Assembly: GCA_002256535.1 (NCBI GenBank)
Contig: NMUJ01000007.1
Span: 3,648-67,647 of the forward strand
Direction: 5' to 3'
Length of the DNA stretch: 64,000 nt
DNA from: a candidate division WOR-3 bacterium 4484_18
Lineage (GTDB): Bacteria; Hydrothermota; UBA3073; NMUJ01
Numbering within the stretch: the stretch's first letter is position 1; each line of letters opens with the position of its first letter. The translations under genes were made by a program, and so were the position numbers. Shown one piece after another: positions 40,803 through 51,082 of the stretch. The notes under the pieces were generated by a model, which did no database searches, was not told the DNA's origin, and saw nothing but the letters and a program-made list of their open reading frames with translations.

Positions 40803-42008
40803 ATGGTTGGCAAGGATTCATCCATGTTAGAAAAAGGAGCCAAAATGCGTGTATGGTGGATATTAAGCTTATCCTTTATTATAGCATGTGCGACAGTACC
40901 ACCAGAGGAGACGAAACCACCTACACCTCCCACCGCACCTGAGGAAGCGGCACGTCCCAGTAAGGCCACATTATATTTCTCGTTTGGTTACGACTACTAT
41001 CAGAAGAAAATGTACCCAGATGCAGTCAAGAATTTCGCCAAAGCTATAGAAGAAAGTACGTCCTATGTATCAGCATATGTGATGTTGGCCAGATCCTACA
41101 CCAATATGGGTGAATTTGCGAAAGCCGAATCTGTCTATTTTGCACTACTGGAGGCTGTACCTGGTGAGCTCAAAGCTTACTATGGGTTGGGTAAACTTCA
41201 CACTATAATGGGGGATTACGGACGTGCTATCGAGTATTACAATAAAGCGATTGAGCTCAACCCTTCCTATGGTGAAGCCTATTATGGGTTGGGTTATGCG
41301 TATGAAAAATTGGGTAATACCGAGAAAGCACTCGAATATTATCAAAAAACATTAGAATGTGAACCCAACCTCGCAGGCGTTAAATACAGGATGGCGAAGA
41401 TCTACGAAGCACTCTCCGAATACGATAAGGTGGTGGAAATGTTAGCATCGCTGGTAGAGGAACATCCAGAGGATATCGATTCACGTAAGTTGCTTGCCGA
41501 TGCATATATAGAATTGGAGCAGTTTGATAAGGCCTTACCGCATATGCAATTTCTGCATGAGAGATTTACGGATAATCTCGAATATTGTGTGAAGCTCGCA
41601 CGCTGCTACGAAGGTACCGCTAACTATGAAGCTGCACGTAACCTATATCTAACCGCTATAGAGAAAGATTCCACTTATGCGCCAGCTTATTACCAGCTTA
41701 TACGTATGGATATAAAGATAAAGGCATTTGGGGAAGCTGAAAGATATATAGGAATAGCTAAAGCACATGGCATTAAAACACCTATAATATTTGCACTTGA
41801 GGGTGACCTTTTCCGCGAACGTGGTGACTCGGCTTACAAACAGAAAAGATTACGTGAAGCGCTCGACCTCTATAGGCGTTCGAGATCGATATTCACTAAT
41901 GTAGTGAATATGGGCGACCCTGACTGGGCTGAATATGCACGTAAGAATATCGATGTACTCAATAAGAAGATAAAGCGTACGGAAGATGAAATCTGGTGGG
42001 AGCAGTAA
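40803..42008 (+). CDS. TPR-repeat protein, secreted or lipoprotein
   Basis: 401 aa with a signal peptide ending IIACAT and at least 8 TPR units (AYYGLG..Y...A...Y.KA.EL.P pattern). Confidence 0.55.
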   Translation: MVGKDSSMLEKGAKMRVWWILSLSFIIACATVPPEETKPPTPPTAPEEAARPSKATLYFSFGYDYYQKKMYPDAVKNFAKAIEESTSYVSAYVMLARSYTNMGEFAKAESVYFALLEAVPGELKAYYGLGKLHTIMGDYGRAIEYYNKAIELNPSYGEAYYGLGYAYEKLGNTEKALEYYQKTLECEPNLAGVKYRMAKIYEALSEYDKVVEMLASLVEEHPEDIDSRKLLADAYIELEQFDKALPHMQFLHERFTDNLEYCVKLARCYEGTANYEAARNLYLTAIEKDSTYAPAYYQLIRMDIKIKAFGEAERYIGIAKAHGIKTPIIFALEGDLFRERGDSAYKQKRLREALDLYRRSRSIFTNVVNMGDPDWAEYARKNIDVLNKKIKRTEDEIWWEQ

Positions 42009-42676
42009 TGCAGATATTCCTCGATACTGCCAACCTTGACGAGATTCGTAAAGGGGTAGAGTGGGGTATCGTGGATGGTGTAACCACAAACCCTACCCTA
42101 TTAGCGAGGGAGATAAAACGCACCAGTAGAAAGAAAGAGGATATACTCTATGAGATTTGTGAGCTGGTCAACGGCCCTGTAAGTGCAGAAGGTGTATCAC
42201 TCGATTTTGACGGCATGGTTAGGGATGCAAAATACCTATCCTCCATACATCCCAACATCATCGTGAAGATACCTGTGACAACCACCGGTGTACGTGCAAT
42301 CCGCAAGCTACATGAACTCAACATAAAGGTGAACGCCACCTTAGTGTTCTCACCCAACCAAGCCATACTTGCAGCTAAGGCGGGTGCCAATTTTGTGAGC
42401 CCATTCATAGGGCGGCTTGATGACATAGGTGACGCCGGTATGCGTATAGTTGAACAGATTGTCACTATATTCGAGAATTACAGATTTATCAGTAAGGTGA
42501 TTGTCGCTTCAGTACGTCACCCGATGCATGTGGTAGAGGCTGCTCTTATAGGTGCAGATATTGTGACGATGCCGTTCAATGTGCTCGAGAAGATGTTCAG
42601 ACATCAGCTTACAGATGTGGGGATAGAGCGGTTTATCAAGGATTGGGAAGAAGCCGCCCGTATATTGGGTGAATGA
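42008..42676 (+). CDS. tal: Transaldolase / fructose-6-phosphate aldolase (short Tal/FSA subfamily)
   Basis: Start at [14 protein letters not shown] plus the catalytic Lys region IIVKIPVT and the TTNP motif. Confidence 0.8.
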   Translation: MQIFLDTANLDEIRKGVEWGIVDGVTTNPTLLAREIKRTSRKKEDILYEICELVNGPVSAEGVSLDFDGMVRDAKYLSSIHPNIIVKIPVTTTGVRAIRKLHELNIKVNATLVFSPNQAILAAKAGANFVSPFIGRLDDIGDAGMRIVEQIVTIFENYRFISKVIVASVRHPMHVVEAALIGADIVTMPFNVLEKMFRHQLTDVGIERFIKDWEEAARILGE

Positions 42677-43668
42677 TAGAACGTTACACGTTACCACCGT
42701 TTGATAAGCTATGGAGTTTGGAAAACAAGTATAATGTTTGGCTAAAAGTGGAGCTTGCCTTTCTCGAGGCACGTGCAGAGCTGGGTGAAGTCGATCGTGA
42801 TACCGTAGAGCTGATAAAGGAACGTGCAAAATTTGACATCCAGGAGATTGCGAAAATCGAACGTCAGGTGCAACACGATGTTATAGCGTTTCTCACAAAT
42901 GTAGCCTCCTATGTAGGTGAACCTGCAAAAGAGCTACATTATGGGTTAACATCGTACGATATGGTCGATACTGCACTTGCAATCCTTATGCTGGAAGCGG
43001 GTGAAGCCATCCGATCTGCATTAGAGGAGTTACTGGAGAGTTTGAAGAAGAAAGCACTAATGGCGACATCACTTGAAAAGATAGCAACTGAGTTACGTCA
43101 GCTACAACGTACGGAGATACATGAGGTGGAGGAGCTCTTCGGTACACGCCAGAAGGGGTCATCCGCCATGCCGCATAAGAAGAACCCCATCCTAAGTGAA
43201 CGTATGTGTGGGTTAGCACGTATCGTACGTAGCCACATAATGGCAGCCTTACAGAATATGGTGTTGTGGAACGAACGTGACATATCGAACTCATGTGTTG
43301 AACGGATAATTTTACCTGAAAGTACCACATTGGTATACTATATGCTCAAGAAAACAAAAGACAATATCGATAACTTACGAATTCTGCGTGACAATATGGA
43401 GCGTAACTTAGAATTAACGAAGGGTGTGATATTTTCGGAAGCTGTCATGTTGGCACTCATAAAGAAAGGGCTCACCCGCCAATCCGCATATGATATGGTG
43501 CAACGTGCCGCTTTTAGGAGCTACGAAACTGGTAAGCATTTCAAGCATGTGTTGATGGAGGATACTAACATACGTGAATATTTGGACGAAAACGAGATCG
43601 ATTCACTGTTCGATCTTCAACATTACTTCCGTCATATAGATGCAATCTACAAGAAGGTGTTGGGTTGA
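42673..43668 (+). CDS. purB: Adenylosuccinate lyase carrying an in-frame ~100-codon internal deletion (junction ~43050-43065), probably inactive
   Basis: 331 aa versus ~430 expected. It has [13 protein letters not shown] and the signature [11 protein letters not shown]. The segment between ...[12 protein letters not shown] and [17 protein letters not shown] lacks the ~100 residues that include the catalytic GRTHGQ.A.PTTFG motif. Confidence 0.7.
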   Translation: MIERYTLPPFDKLWSLENKYNVWLKVELAFLEARAELGEVDRDTVELIKERAKFDIQEIAKIERQVQHDVIAFLTNVASYVGEPAKELHYGLTSYDMVDTALAILMLEAGEAIRSALEELLESLKKKALMATSLEKIATELRQLQRTEIHEVEELFGTRQKGSSAMPHKKNPILSERMCGLARIVRSHIMAALQNMVLWNERDISNSCVERIILPESTTLVYYMLKKTKDNIDNLRILRDNMERNLELTKGVIFSEAVMLALIKKGLTRQSAYDMVQRAAFRSYETGKHFKHVLMEDTNIREYLDENEIDSLFDLQHYFRHIDAIYKKVLG

Positions 43669-44509
43669 TCATCTCAAGTGCTGGCGTATACATAACGCAA
43701 TAATAGGGGTAGCTACAGTATTCGTAGCTGCTTATATTGCAAAATTTCCATGGAACTCGATAAACCCATATCTGGCTGCTATATTCACATTTTTGGCAAT
43801 AAGTGCTACCAATCTTATGAACGATGCACGTGATGTAGATATCGATCGCATTGTTCATCCCACACGCCCGATACCACAGGGTAAGGTTACACGTGCGGCT
43901 GCACTCACTGAGAGCCTTATATTATGGATTTGTGCACTTGCAGTGGCATGGTTTATATCGTTCAATTTCTACGTCATAGCTATTATAACGTTGTTACTTG
44001 TGGTGCTATATAATTTCTACTTACGTAGGTATGGGGTGGCGGGTAACTTTATAGTAGCAATAACGGGCGGGTTGCCCTTCATATATGGGGGGTTGAGTGT
44101 AGATAACCCAAAATTTGTGCTACCTTTTTACCTGTTAGCGGTAGCACTACACCTGGCACGTGAATTGATGAAGGATGGTGAAGACATAGAAGGTGATCGT
44201 GCTGCTGGTATCAAAAGTCTACCCATAATTTCAACAAAGTTAACCCTTGTGATTATAGGTATCGGTATAGCAGGCTTCATAGTGATGTCAATCTTCATAT
44301 TCTTTAAGGTATTTCATACACATTACTTTTTGATATCAATATTGCCACTGGATGCACTGTTATGCCTCGTATACTATCGGCTTATACGATCTCCGGTTAC
44401 CATAGTGTTTAAGATAGCTCAACGTACCACCAAACTGGTGATGTTGCTCACACTGAGTGCATTGTACATCGGTAAGCTATCCACCATGAGATATGTACTT
44501 ACACGTTAA
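43640..44509 (+). CDS. UbiA-family prenyltransferase (DGGGP-synthase-like pattern)
   Basis: Motif 1 NLMNDARDVDIDRIVHPTRPIPQG and motif 2 KDGEDIEGDRAAG, with ~8 TM helices. The true start is probably internal, since the track ORF overlaps the purB 3' end. Confidence 0.6.
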   Translation: MQSTRRCWVDHLKCWRIHNAIIGVATVFVAAYIAKFPWNSINPYLAAIFTFLAISATNLMNDARDVDIDRIVHPTRPIPQGKVTRAAALTESLILWICALAVAWFISFNFYVIAIITLLLVVLYNFYLRRYGVAGNFIVAITGGLPFIYGGLSVDNPKFVLPFYLLAVALHLARELMKDGEDIEGDRAAGIKSLPIISTKLTLVIIGIGIAGFIVMSIFIFFKVFHTHYFLISILPLDALLCLVYYRLIRSPVTIVFKIAQRTTKLVMLLTLSALYIGKLSTMRYVLTR

Positions 44510-45221
44510 TAATATTCTATGGCTGGCGGCATTTTTCATACTTGGTGCTATATTCGGTAGCTTCTTCAATGTATGTATCTACAGGATACCAAGGAAAAAG
44601 TCGATCATTTCACCACGCTCACACTGTCCAATGTGTGGCCACACCATCCCATGGTACGATAATATACCTATAATCTCCTACATTTTATTGAAAGGTAAGT
44701 GTCGCTTCTGTGGTGCTACCATACCATTAAGATACCTCACCGTGGAGCTACTCACTGCATGTATGTTCAGCTTATGTTTTTACATATTTGGGGTTGGATT
44801 GAAATTACTTATTACTCTTGTCCTGCTATCGTTTTTACTTGTAACAGCTTTCATAGATATAGAAATGGGTATCATACCGAACACAATAGTATTACCCGGT
44901 ATGGCTATCGGTGTCATCCTCAACACCGTACAGGGTAAAATCATCGATTCATTACTTGGACTCTTGACAGGTGGAATAGTGGTTTATATTTTAAGTGTGA
45001 TGGGTAAAATCTTGTTTAAGAAAGATGCAATAGGTGGTGGTGACATGAAGTTACTCGCGATGATAGGTGCTTATATAGGTTGGTATCTTACGTTATGGGT
45101 GTTATTTCTTGCATCTTTCATCGGTCTAATTTATGCCATTTTTTCACGTAAGCGTAAATTGATGTTCGCACCCTTCCTCGCGATTGCCACATTCATATTG
45201 TTGATACTACGCCATCCTTAG
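44493..45221 (+). CDS. pilD: Type IV prepilin peptidase (A24 family)
   Basis: 242 aa with the N-terminal Zn-binding CPMCGHTIPWYDNIPIISY...CRFCGA tetracysteine, catalytic Asp regions and a GGGDMKLLAMIGAYIG motif. Confidence 0.8.
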   Translation: MYLHVNNILWLAAFFILGAIFGSFFNVCIYRIPRKKSIISPRSHCPMCGHTIPWYDNIPIISYILLKGKCRFCGATIPLRYLTVELLTACMFSLCFYIFGVGLKLLITLVLLSFLLVTAFIDIEMGIIPNTIVLPGMAIGVILNTVQGKIIDSLLGLLTGGIVVYILSVMGKILFKKDAIGGGDMKLLAMIGAYIGWYLTLWVLFLASFIGLIYAIFSRKRKLMFAPFLAIATFILLILRHP

Positions 45222-45255
45222 ATGTGTCCTTTGACAATTACGGGAGACTTTAACA

Positions 45256-46419
45256 ATGGCAGGGCGTGAAGAAGAAAGCGTAATACGGTCAATTTGTGAC
45301 AACCTTGATGTTGCAATCCACATCGTGGGTCGTGACATGAAGATAATTTATGCAAACAAATACTGGGATAAACTAACCCGTGGCAATTTACAATCAGCCA
45401 ATATGGTAGGTAAATCACTTTATGAGCTATTTCCTTTCCTTCTTGAGCGTGGTGTAGATCAGGAGTACAAACAAGTGTTCGAAACCGGCAACCCACTAAT
45501 TACTGAGGAAGCTACCGAATACCAAGGTGAGCTCATCCACACCCGTACAAAGAAATTGCCTATCAAAGATGCGCACGGCAACGTCCAGTATGTCATAACA
45601 GTTATCCAGGATATAACCGAAGACGCACAACTGCGGGAAACTTTACATCGCAAGTTATCCGAAATCTCCACCGTGCTTGAGATAGACCGTTTACTTATTA
45701 TAACCCCTGATGTTGACCGTGTTGTAAAGTTGGCCACCTCACGTGTACATGAGTTGCTGAATGCCGATCGTACCGTCTTCTCGCTATTTGATAAATCCAC
45801 GAATGTTATCAAACCCGTAGCTGTGGAGGGCCTTTACAAGAGGCAAATACTTGCGCTCACACTTAAGCCAGGTGATGGGTTTACAGGTAAGGTGATTTTA
45901 TCCCGCAAAGGTGCCATACTGAATGATGCGCATCTCAGCGATATAGCTATGGAGGTACCAGATACACCACCTGTAGTAGAATCTCTCCTGTGTGTACCTC
46001 TCATATTTAAAGACGAAGTCCTTGGTGCATTAACCATTAGCCGGATGGGTGAAGGTAAGCATTTCACAGATGATGATCTTAACTTCTGTGAAATCATAGC
46101 TGCACAGGTTGCTATAGCACTACAGAATGCACGTTTACATGGACAGCTAAAACAGCTCGTAGATGAACGTACGAAGGAGCTACAAGCTGCATATGATAAC
46201 CTCAAAGCACTCGAACGTGAACGTCGTGAATATGTTTCAAAAATAATGGCTGAGGTGACACCTACATTGAACATTATCAGAGACTGTGTATCTACCTTAC
46301 TTGTAGACAAAGCTGCCCGCCAGCATTACGATAAGATTCTAAACCGCATAAGGGACAAGCTTGATATTCTCGCTAAAACGATTAATAAATTAACGAAAGC
46401 TGAGGGGATCAACAAATGA
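45256..46419 (+). CDS. PAS-GAF sensor protein (no output domain)
   Basis: 387 aa with an N-terminal PAS fold, a central GAF domain ([51 protein letters not shown]) and a C-terminal coiled coil. Its stop overlaps the start of the kinase gene. Confidence 0.6.
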   Translation: MAGREEESVIRSICDNLDVAIHIVGRDMKIIYANKYWDKLTRGNLQSANMVGKSLYELFPFLLERGVDQEYKQVFETGNPLITEEATEYQGELIHTRTKKLPIKDAHGNVQYVITVIQDITEDAQLRETLHRKLSEISTVLEIDRLLIITPDVDRVVKLATSRVHELLNADRTVFSLFDKSTNVIKPVAVEGLYKRQILALTLKPGDGFTGKVILSRKGAILNDAHLSDIAMEVPDTPPVVESLLCVPLIFKDEVLGALTISRMGEGKHFTDDDLNFCEIIAAQVAIALQNARLHGQLKQLVDERTKELQAAYDNLKALERERREYVSKIMAEVTPTLNIIRDCVSTLLVDKAARQHYDKILNRIRDKLDILAKTINKLTKAEGINK

Positions 46420-49400
46420 AAGGGGATACCAACAACATTATACCGATGCTATTGGAGATTTCACCACATAATTTCATGTTGTTGGATAACACCGGTAAAA
46501 TACTGCAGATCAGCAAAGCGGTAGAGCGATCACTCGGATATAAATCGAACTCTATTGTAGGTAAGAATTTCGCCACACTTATACCCAAGAAATACCATAA
46601 AGCATTTATTGATACTCTTGATAAGCGCACAAACTCTACGTTGATGTTGGAAGTTAAATCTCACGCCGGTAATCTCATACCAGTTGAATTATCATTATTA
46701 TGGCTACCCACAAAGGAACCACAGATATTACTGAATCTACGTGACGTTAGTGAATTAAACCGTCTCGAGAACATGCTCGTCTCTCTACGTAGAAAATATA
46801 TTTCACGTTACAGGTTTTATCGCAAATTACTGGAAATATGTCCAGTAGGTGTGATAGAACTCGACTCCCACCTACGTATCGTATATGAGAATCCCGAAAT
46901 GAAGCGGATCCTTGGTGTACCACCCGGCGAAGAATCATCCGCTATAGGTATGGATATTAGAGAACTTCCTTCGGTTAAAGAGACAGGATTGTCTGAGCTG
47001 TTTGATGATTTACTCAAAGGTAAGAAGATACAAAAAATAGGGTGGTTCAAGTCAATTTATGAAAGAGAGTCCCACTTGCTACTGACTGGCATCCCAGTCG
47101 TTGAAGATGGTAAATTCCAAGGTGCGGTGCTCTTCATAGAGGATTTAACCGAGTTAAAGCGTTCGGAGGAACAGCGTCGTAAACAGATCGAGAGTGTCCT
47201 CAACATAACTGGTAAATTGTTATTAGAACGCGATCTAAATAAATTATTACAGCTTATATGTGATACGATCACAAACGAACTCGGTTGGCGTCAGGTGATA
47301 CTTTCACTTCGTGACTATGATACGATGACGTCAAGACCTGTTGCCGTAGCGGGTTACGATGCAAAGACTGTAGCTGAAAGCCGCTCCTACTACATAGATC
47401 ACACACACTGGGAGGAGCTTAAAAAATATCCAAGCAAATTATACATAACACCCGTAAAAGAGATTACACCTGGTGGTTGGCACGAAAAGGACCTACTACT
47501 TATACCAATTTATGGAAAAGATGACAAAATATTGGGGTTCATTTCACCCGATAACCCAGTAACTGGTAAACGGCCAACTCTTGAGGATATTAAACTGCTC
47601 GAGATATTCGCTGACCAAGCTGCGATTGCAATAGAGAATCTGCGTAAAATTGAGCTCTTTTTACAGACTTCTACGCTCATTAACTTAGGGATAGGGTTAA
47701 AGGAAACATTAGAAAAAATAATAGATGCTATAGTTGAGATTATGGGGTCCTGCTGTTGCTCATTACGGTTAGTTGATAAAGACAGAAATGTGCTTGTAAC
47801 AAAAGTAGTACGAGGGTTGGGCAAAGAATATTTAAAATATAGAAAAGAAGTACCCATTGGTAAACATTCATATGATATAAGTGGATTGGCGGCGATGGAC
47901 GGCAAGATCCATTATGTACGAGATCTCAGTAAACTCGGCCTCCCGCGGGAAGTGGAAGAACACATTATAAAGAAATACAACTTAAAATCGTACATTGCTA
48001 TACCGATTAAAGCAGGTAAGGAAGTGTTAGGTGTCGCCAGTGTCATGCTACACGAGTGTAAAGAGTTCGCCGAGGATGAACTGAAACTACTTTCAGTATT
48101 TACTGAACAAGCTGCACTGGCCATCACTAAAGCACGCATGTATGATATGGTTAAAGAATCGGAAAAGAAGTATCGAGTTATGTTTGAGAGCACCGGTACT
48201 GCGATGATGGTTCTTGAAGAAGACACCACTATCTCCATGGTAAATGCTGAGTTCGAAAAACTATCTGGTTACTCACGGGCTGAAATCGAAGGTAAAATGA
48301 GCTGGACAGTATTTGTACATCCAGACGATGTTGAGCGTATGAAACGTTACCACTATGAACGAAGGAAGAAGGGGGGTAAAGCACCAGGGAATTACGAGTT
48401 TAGGTTCATCGACCGTCACGGTAACCTCAAATACATGTATATAACCGTCAGTATGATACCTGGGACCAAGCAAAGCATTGCATCACTTATTGATATAACC
48501 GAACTTAAACGAGCAGAAGAAGCATTACGTGAGAGTGAAGCCCGTTATATGGATCTGTATGATAACGCTCCTGATATGTACTTCACAATAGCAGAGGACG
48601 GTACAATTCTATCAGTTAATCGCCTGGGTGCAGAGATGTTAGGTTATAAGAAGGAAGAATTAATTGGAAAACATATATCGATAATATTCCATCCAGATGA
48701 TGCTCCATTAGTGGAACGACAAATCGATGAGATCCTGAGAAAGAAAGAAGGGGTTTCGAAGCTTGAATTTCGAAAAGTTCGTAAGGATGGCAGTATAATG
48801 TATGTCAGTGAACGTGCTTCTGTACATTGTGGGCCACAAGGAAAGCGTGTAGTTCGTATTATTTGTCGAGATATCACCAAACGTAAGCAAATCGAGAAGG
48901 AGCTCAAAAGCCGCAAAGAGTTTCTGCAAACTATCCTTGATAGCACACCAGACCTTATCTTTACAGTAAAGAAGGATGGTACAATCGGATTCGCAAATAA
49001 GCGGTTAAGGGAGATACTCGGGTATGAACTCGATGAAGTAAAAGGTAGACATTTCTTTGAAGCCGTCCCAAAGGAGTTACACCCCTACATGCAGAAAAAA
49101 TGGGAAGAAGTTCAAAACGGTATCTCCGGTGTTTACGAGACAAAAGTCATAAAGAAAGATGGCTCTATAGTAGATTGCCTTGTATCACATGTACCCCTTA
49201 CGGGTATGGATGAATATGTTGCTATACTTAAAGATGTTAGCGAGCTTAAGCATATACAACAGGAACTTGAGTTACGTAAATTATATCTCGAAAGCTTAAT
49301 AAATAGCGCCCCTAACGCCATAATAACACAGGATAACGAAGGTAGGGTCTGCGAATGGAACGCAGCCGCTGAGAAGCTATTCGGCTATAAAGCTGAAGAA

Positions 49401-50696
49401 GCAATAGGTAAACAGCTTGACGACCTTATAGCTAAATTTGGCCTTGACACTTTCAAAGAGGCGACTGGTTACACACGAGAGATATTAAAAGGTAAACCCG
49501 TTGTAGCTGAAACTATAAGGTGCCGTAAAGATGGTACCCCTGTAAATGTTGCGATGTCAGCTACCCCGATTATAATGAATGATAAGATTATCGGCGTTAT
49601 AGCCACATACGTTGATATAACTGATAGGGTTAAGCTCGAACGTGCGCTACGTGAATCAGAGGAACGCTATCGTAAGTTGGTTGAAACCATCGATGAAAGC
49701 GTATGTCTTCTATATAAAAACAAGATAGTCTTTTCCAACCCTGCTTTTGAGAAGCTTACTGGTTACATAAAGGATGAGATACAGTTGATGGACATTTACG
49801 ATATACTACCATCTTATGATGAACTTATATCGAAATCCACACAACAGCATGAAATGCAATTGATCACAAAGTTCAACACCGTAAGGATCGTGAAGGCTAC
49901 CTTAACACCCATTAAATTAGGAAATAAAACGTTCACTCTGCTCACCCTGCATGATATAACACCTCAGAAAGAGGCTGATCGCATGAAGTCGGCGTTTATT
50001 GCAAACATCTCACATGACATAAGGACACCACTGGCATCGGCTAAGGAAGCGATATCGCTCCTACTCGATGGTGTCGTGGGTGAGCTATCCGATGCACAAC
50101 GCCGGTTCTTATCAATAGCGATTGAGAATATAGACTCACTTAATTCGCTTCTTAACGAATTGCTTGAAGTTTCAAGACTTGAGAGCCACAAACTTTCATA
50201 TGAATATAAACTTATAACAATTGAACCAATTATAGAAAAAGTGATAGAATCACAATCACCAATAGCCAACCGCAAACATATTGAAATAGTGAAGAATCTG
50301 AACCCCACACCCGCAATCTATGCTGACCCTATCCGCATTAGACGAGTGGTATTCAATATCGTCTCAAATGCGATAAAGTTCACCTCCGAAGGCGGTCGTG
50401 TGGAGATATCCACCTGCACTGTAGATGAAAATTCACCGATAGTCAAGCAACATAGCCTAACACCTAAAAAGTACGTGCTGGTATCTGTATCCGATACGGG
50501 TCCTGGTATAGCACCTGAAGATATGAAGCGCATATTTAAGCGGTTTGTCAAACTTGATAACACTACACCCCATGTAGGTGTAGGGTTAGGTCTATCAATA
50601 TCGAAGGAGATAGTTGAAGCACATGGTGGTAAAATCTGGGTAGAAAGTGAATTAGGTAAAGGTAGCACATTTTCATTCCTAATACCTGCAGCATGA
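46416..50696 (+). CDS. Multi-sensor (about 7 PAS and 2 GAF domains) histidine kinase
   Basis: 1426 aa. Repeated PAS blocks with the NxAxE...GY...EE..G pattern, two GAF blocks, a HisKA H-box [13 protein letters not shown] and an HATPase_c domain with the N-box [13 protein letters not shown]1 DTGPGI and G2 GVGLGLSI. No receiver domain. Confidence 0.75.
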   Translation: MKGDTNNIIPMLLEISPHNFMLLDNTGKILQISKAVERSLGYKSNSIVGKNFATLIPKKYHKAFIDTLDKRTNSTLMLEVKSHAGNLIPVELSLLWLPTKEPQILLNLRDVSELNRLENMLVSLRRKYISRYRFYRKLLEICPVGVIELDSHLRIVYENPEMKRILGVPPGEESSAIGMDIRELPSVKETGLSELFDDLLKGKKIQKIGWFKSIYERESHLLLTGIPVVEDGKFQGAVLFIEDLTELKRSEEQRRKQIESVLNITGKLLLERDLNKLLQLICDTITNELGWRQVILSLRDYDTMTSRPVAVAGYDAKTVAESRSYYIDHTHWEELKKYPSKLYITPVKEITPGGWHEKDLLLIPIYGKDDKILGFISPDNPVTGKRPTLEDIKLLEIFADQAAIAIENLRKIELFLQTSTLINLGIGLKETLEKIIDAIVEIMGSCCCSLRLVDKDRNVLVTKVVRGLGKEYLKYRKEVPIGKHSYDISGLAAMDGKIHYVRDLSKLGLPREVEEHIIKKYNLKSYIAIPIKAGKEVLGVASVMLHECKEFAEDELKLLSVFTEQAALAITKARMYDMVKESEKKYRVMFESTGTAMMVLEEDTTISMVNAEFEKLSGYSRAEIEGKMSWTVFVHPDDVERMKRYHYERRKKGGKAPGNYEFRFIDRHGNLKYMYITVSMIPGTKQSIASLIDITELKRAEEALRESEARYMDLYDNAPDMYFTIAEDGTILSVNRLGAEMLGYKKEELIGKHISIIFHPDDAPLVERQIDEILRKKEGVSKLEFRKVRKDGSIMYVSERASVHCGPQGKRVVRIICRDITKRKQIEKELKSRKEFLQTILDSTPDLIFTVKKDGTIGFANKRLREILGYELDEVKGRHFFEAVPKELHPYMQKKWEEVQNGISGVYETKVIKKDGSIVDCLVSHVPLTGMDEYVAILKDVSELKHIQQELELRKLYLESLINSAPNAIITQDNEGRVCEWNAAAEKLFGYKAEEAIGKQLDDLIAKFGLDTFKEATGYTREILKGKPVVAETIRCRKDGTPVNVAMSATPIIMNDKIIGVIATYVDITDRVKLERALRESEERYRKLVETIDESVCLLYKNKIVFSNPAFEKLTGYIKDEIQLMDIYDILPSYDELISKSTQQHEMQLITKFNTVRIVKATLTPIKLGNKTFTLLTLHDITPQKEADRMKSAFIANISHDIRTPLASAKEAISLLLDGVVGELSDAQRRFLSIAIENIDSLNSLLNELLEVSRLESHKLSYEYKLITIEPIIEKVIESQSPIANRKHIEIVKNLNPTPAIYADPIRIRRVVFNIVSNAIKFTSEGGRVEISTCTVDENSPIVKQHSLTPKKYVLVSVSDTGPGIAPEDMKRIFKRFVKLDNTTPHVGVGLGLSISKEIVEAHGGKIWVESELGKGSTFSFLIPAA

Positions 50697-51082
50697 TGGC
50701 TAACAAATATCGTATATTAGTGATTGAGGACGAACCTCAGATGGTGGAGTTGCTCAAAATAAGGCTTGAAGCCAACAACTACGAGGTCATAATCGCTTAC
50801 AATGGTATCGATGGATGGCGTAAATTACGTGCAGAGAAGCCAGATCTCATCTTACTCGATGTGATGCTACCCGGTATGGATGGATTTCAGATCTGTAAAC
50901 TCATCAAGCATCACACTCAATACAGAAATATACCCGTTATAATGTTAACCGCACGTACCGATAAGGAAGATATCAAGACCGGTAAAGAAGCGGGTGCCGA
51001 TGCGTATATTGCCAAACCATTTGATGCAAATATTTTATTACAGAAAATACGTGAACTCCTTGGGGGTGGCTATGAAAGATAA
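50693..51082 (+). CDS. Single-domain response regulator (CheY-like receiver)
   Basis: 129 aa with the Asp pocket VIEDE...[13 protein letters not shown] and Thr/Lys LTAR...AKPF. ATGA overlap with the kinase gene. Confidence 0.75.
   Translation: MMANKYRILVIEDEPQMVELLKIRLEANNYEVIIAYNGIDGWRKLRAEKPDLILLDVMLPGMDGFQICKLIKHHTQYRNIPVIMLTARTDKEDIKTGKEAGADAYIAKPFDANILLQKIRELLGGGYER

Noticed and set aside
46747-50668. A series of 60-160-aa minus-strand ORFs inside the histidine kinase gene (and similar ones inside pilB, the 854-aa gene and others)
   Set aside because: They are antisense to long, well-supported coding regions. Their Ser/Ile/Leu-rich products are typical of reverse-strand translation of AT-rich coding DNA.
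50994-51071. Upstream extension of pilB overlapping the receiver gene by 89 nt
   Set aside because: ATG 51072, directly after the receiver stop region, begins the conserved PilB N-terminus. The longer ORF would be an out-of-frame read through the receiver's C-terminus.
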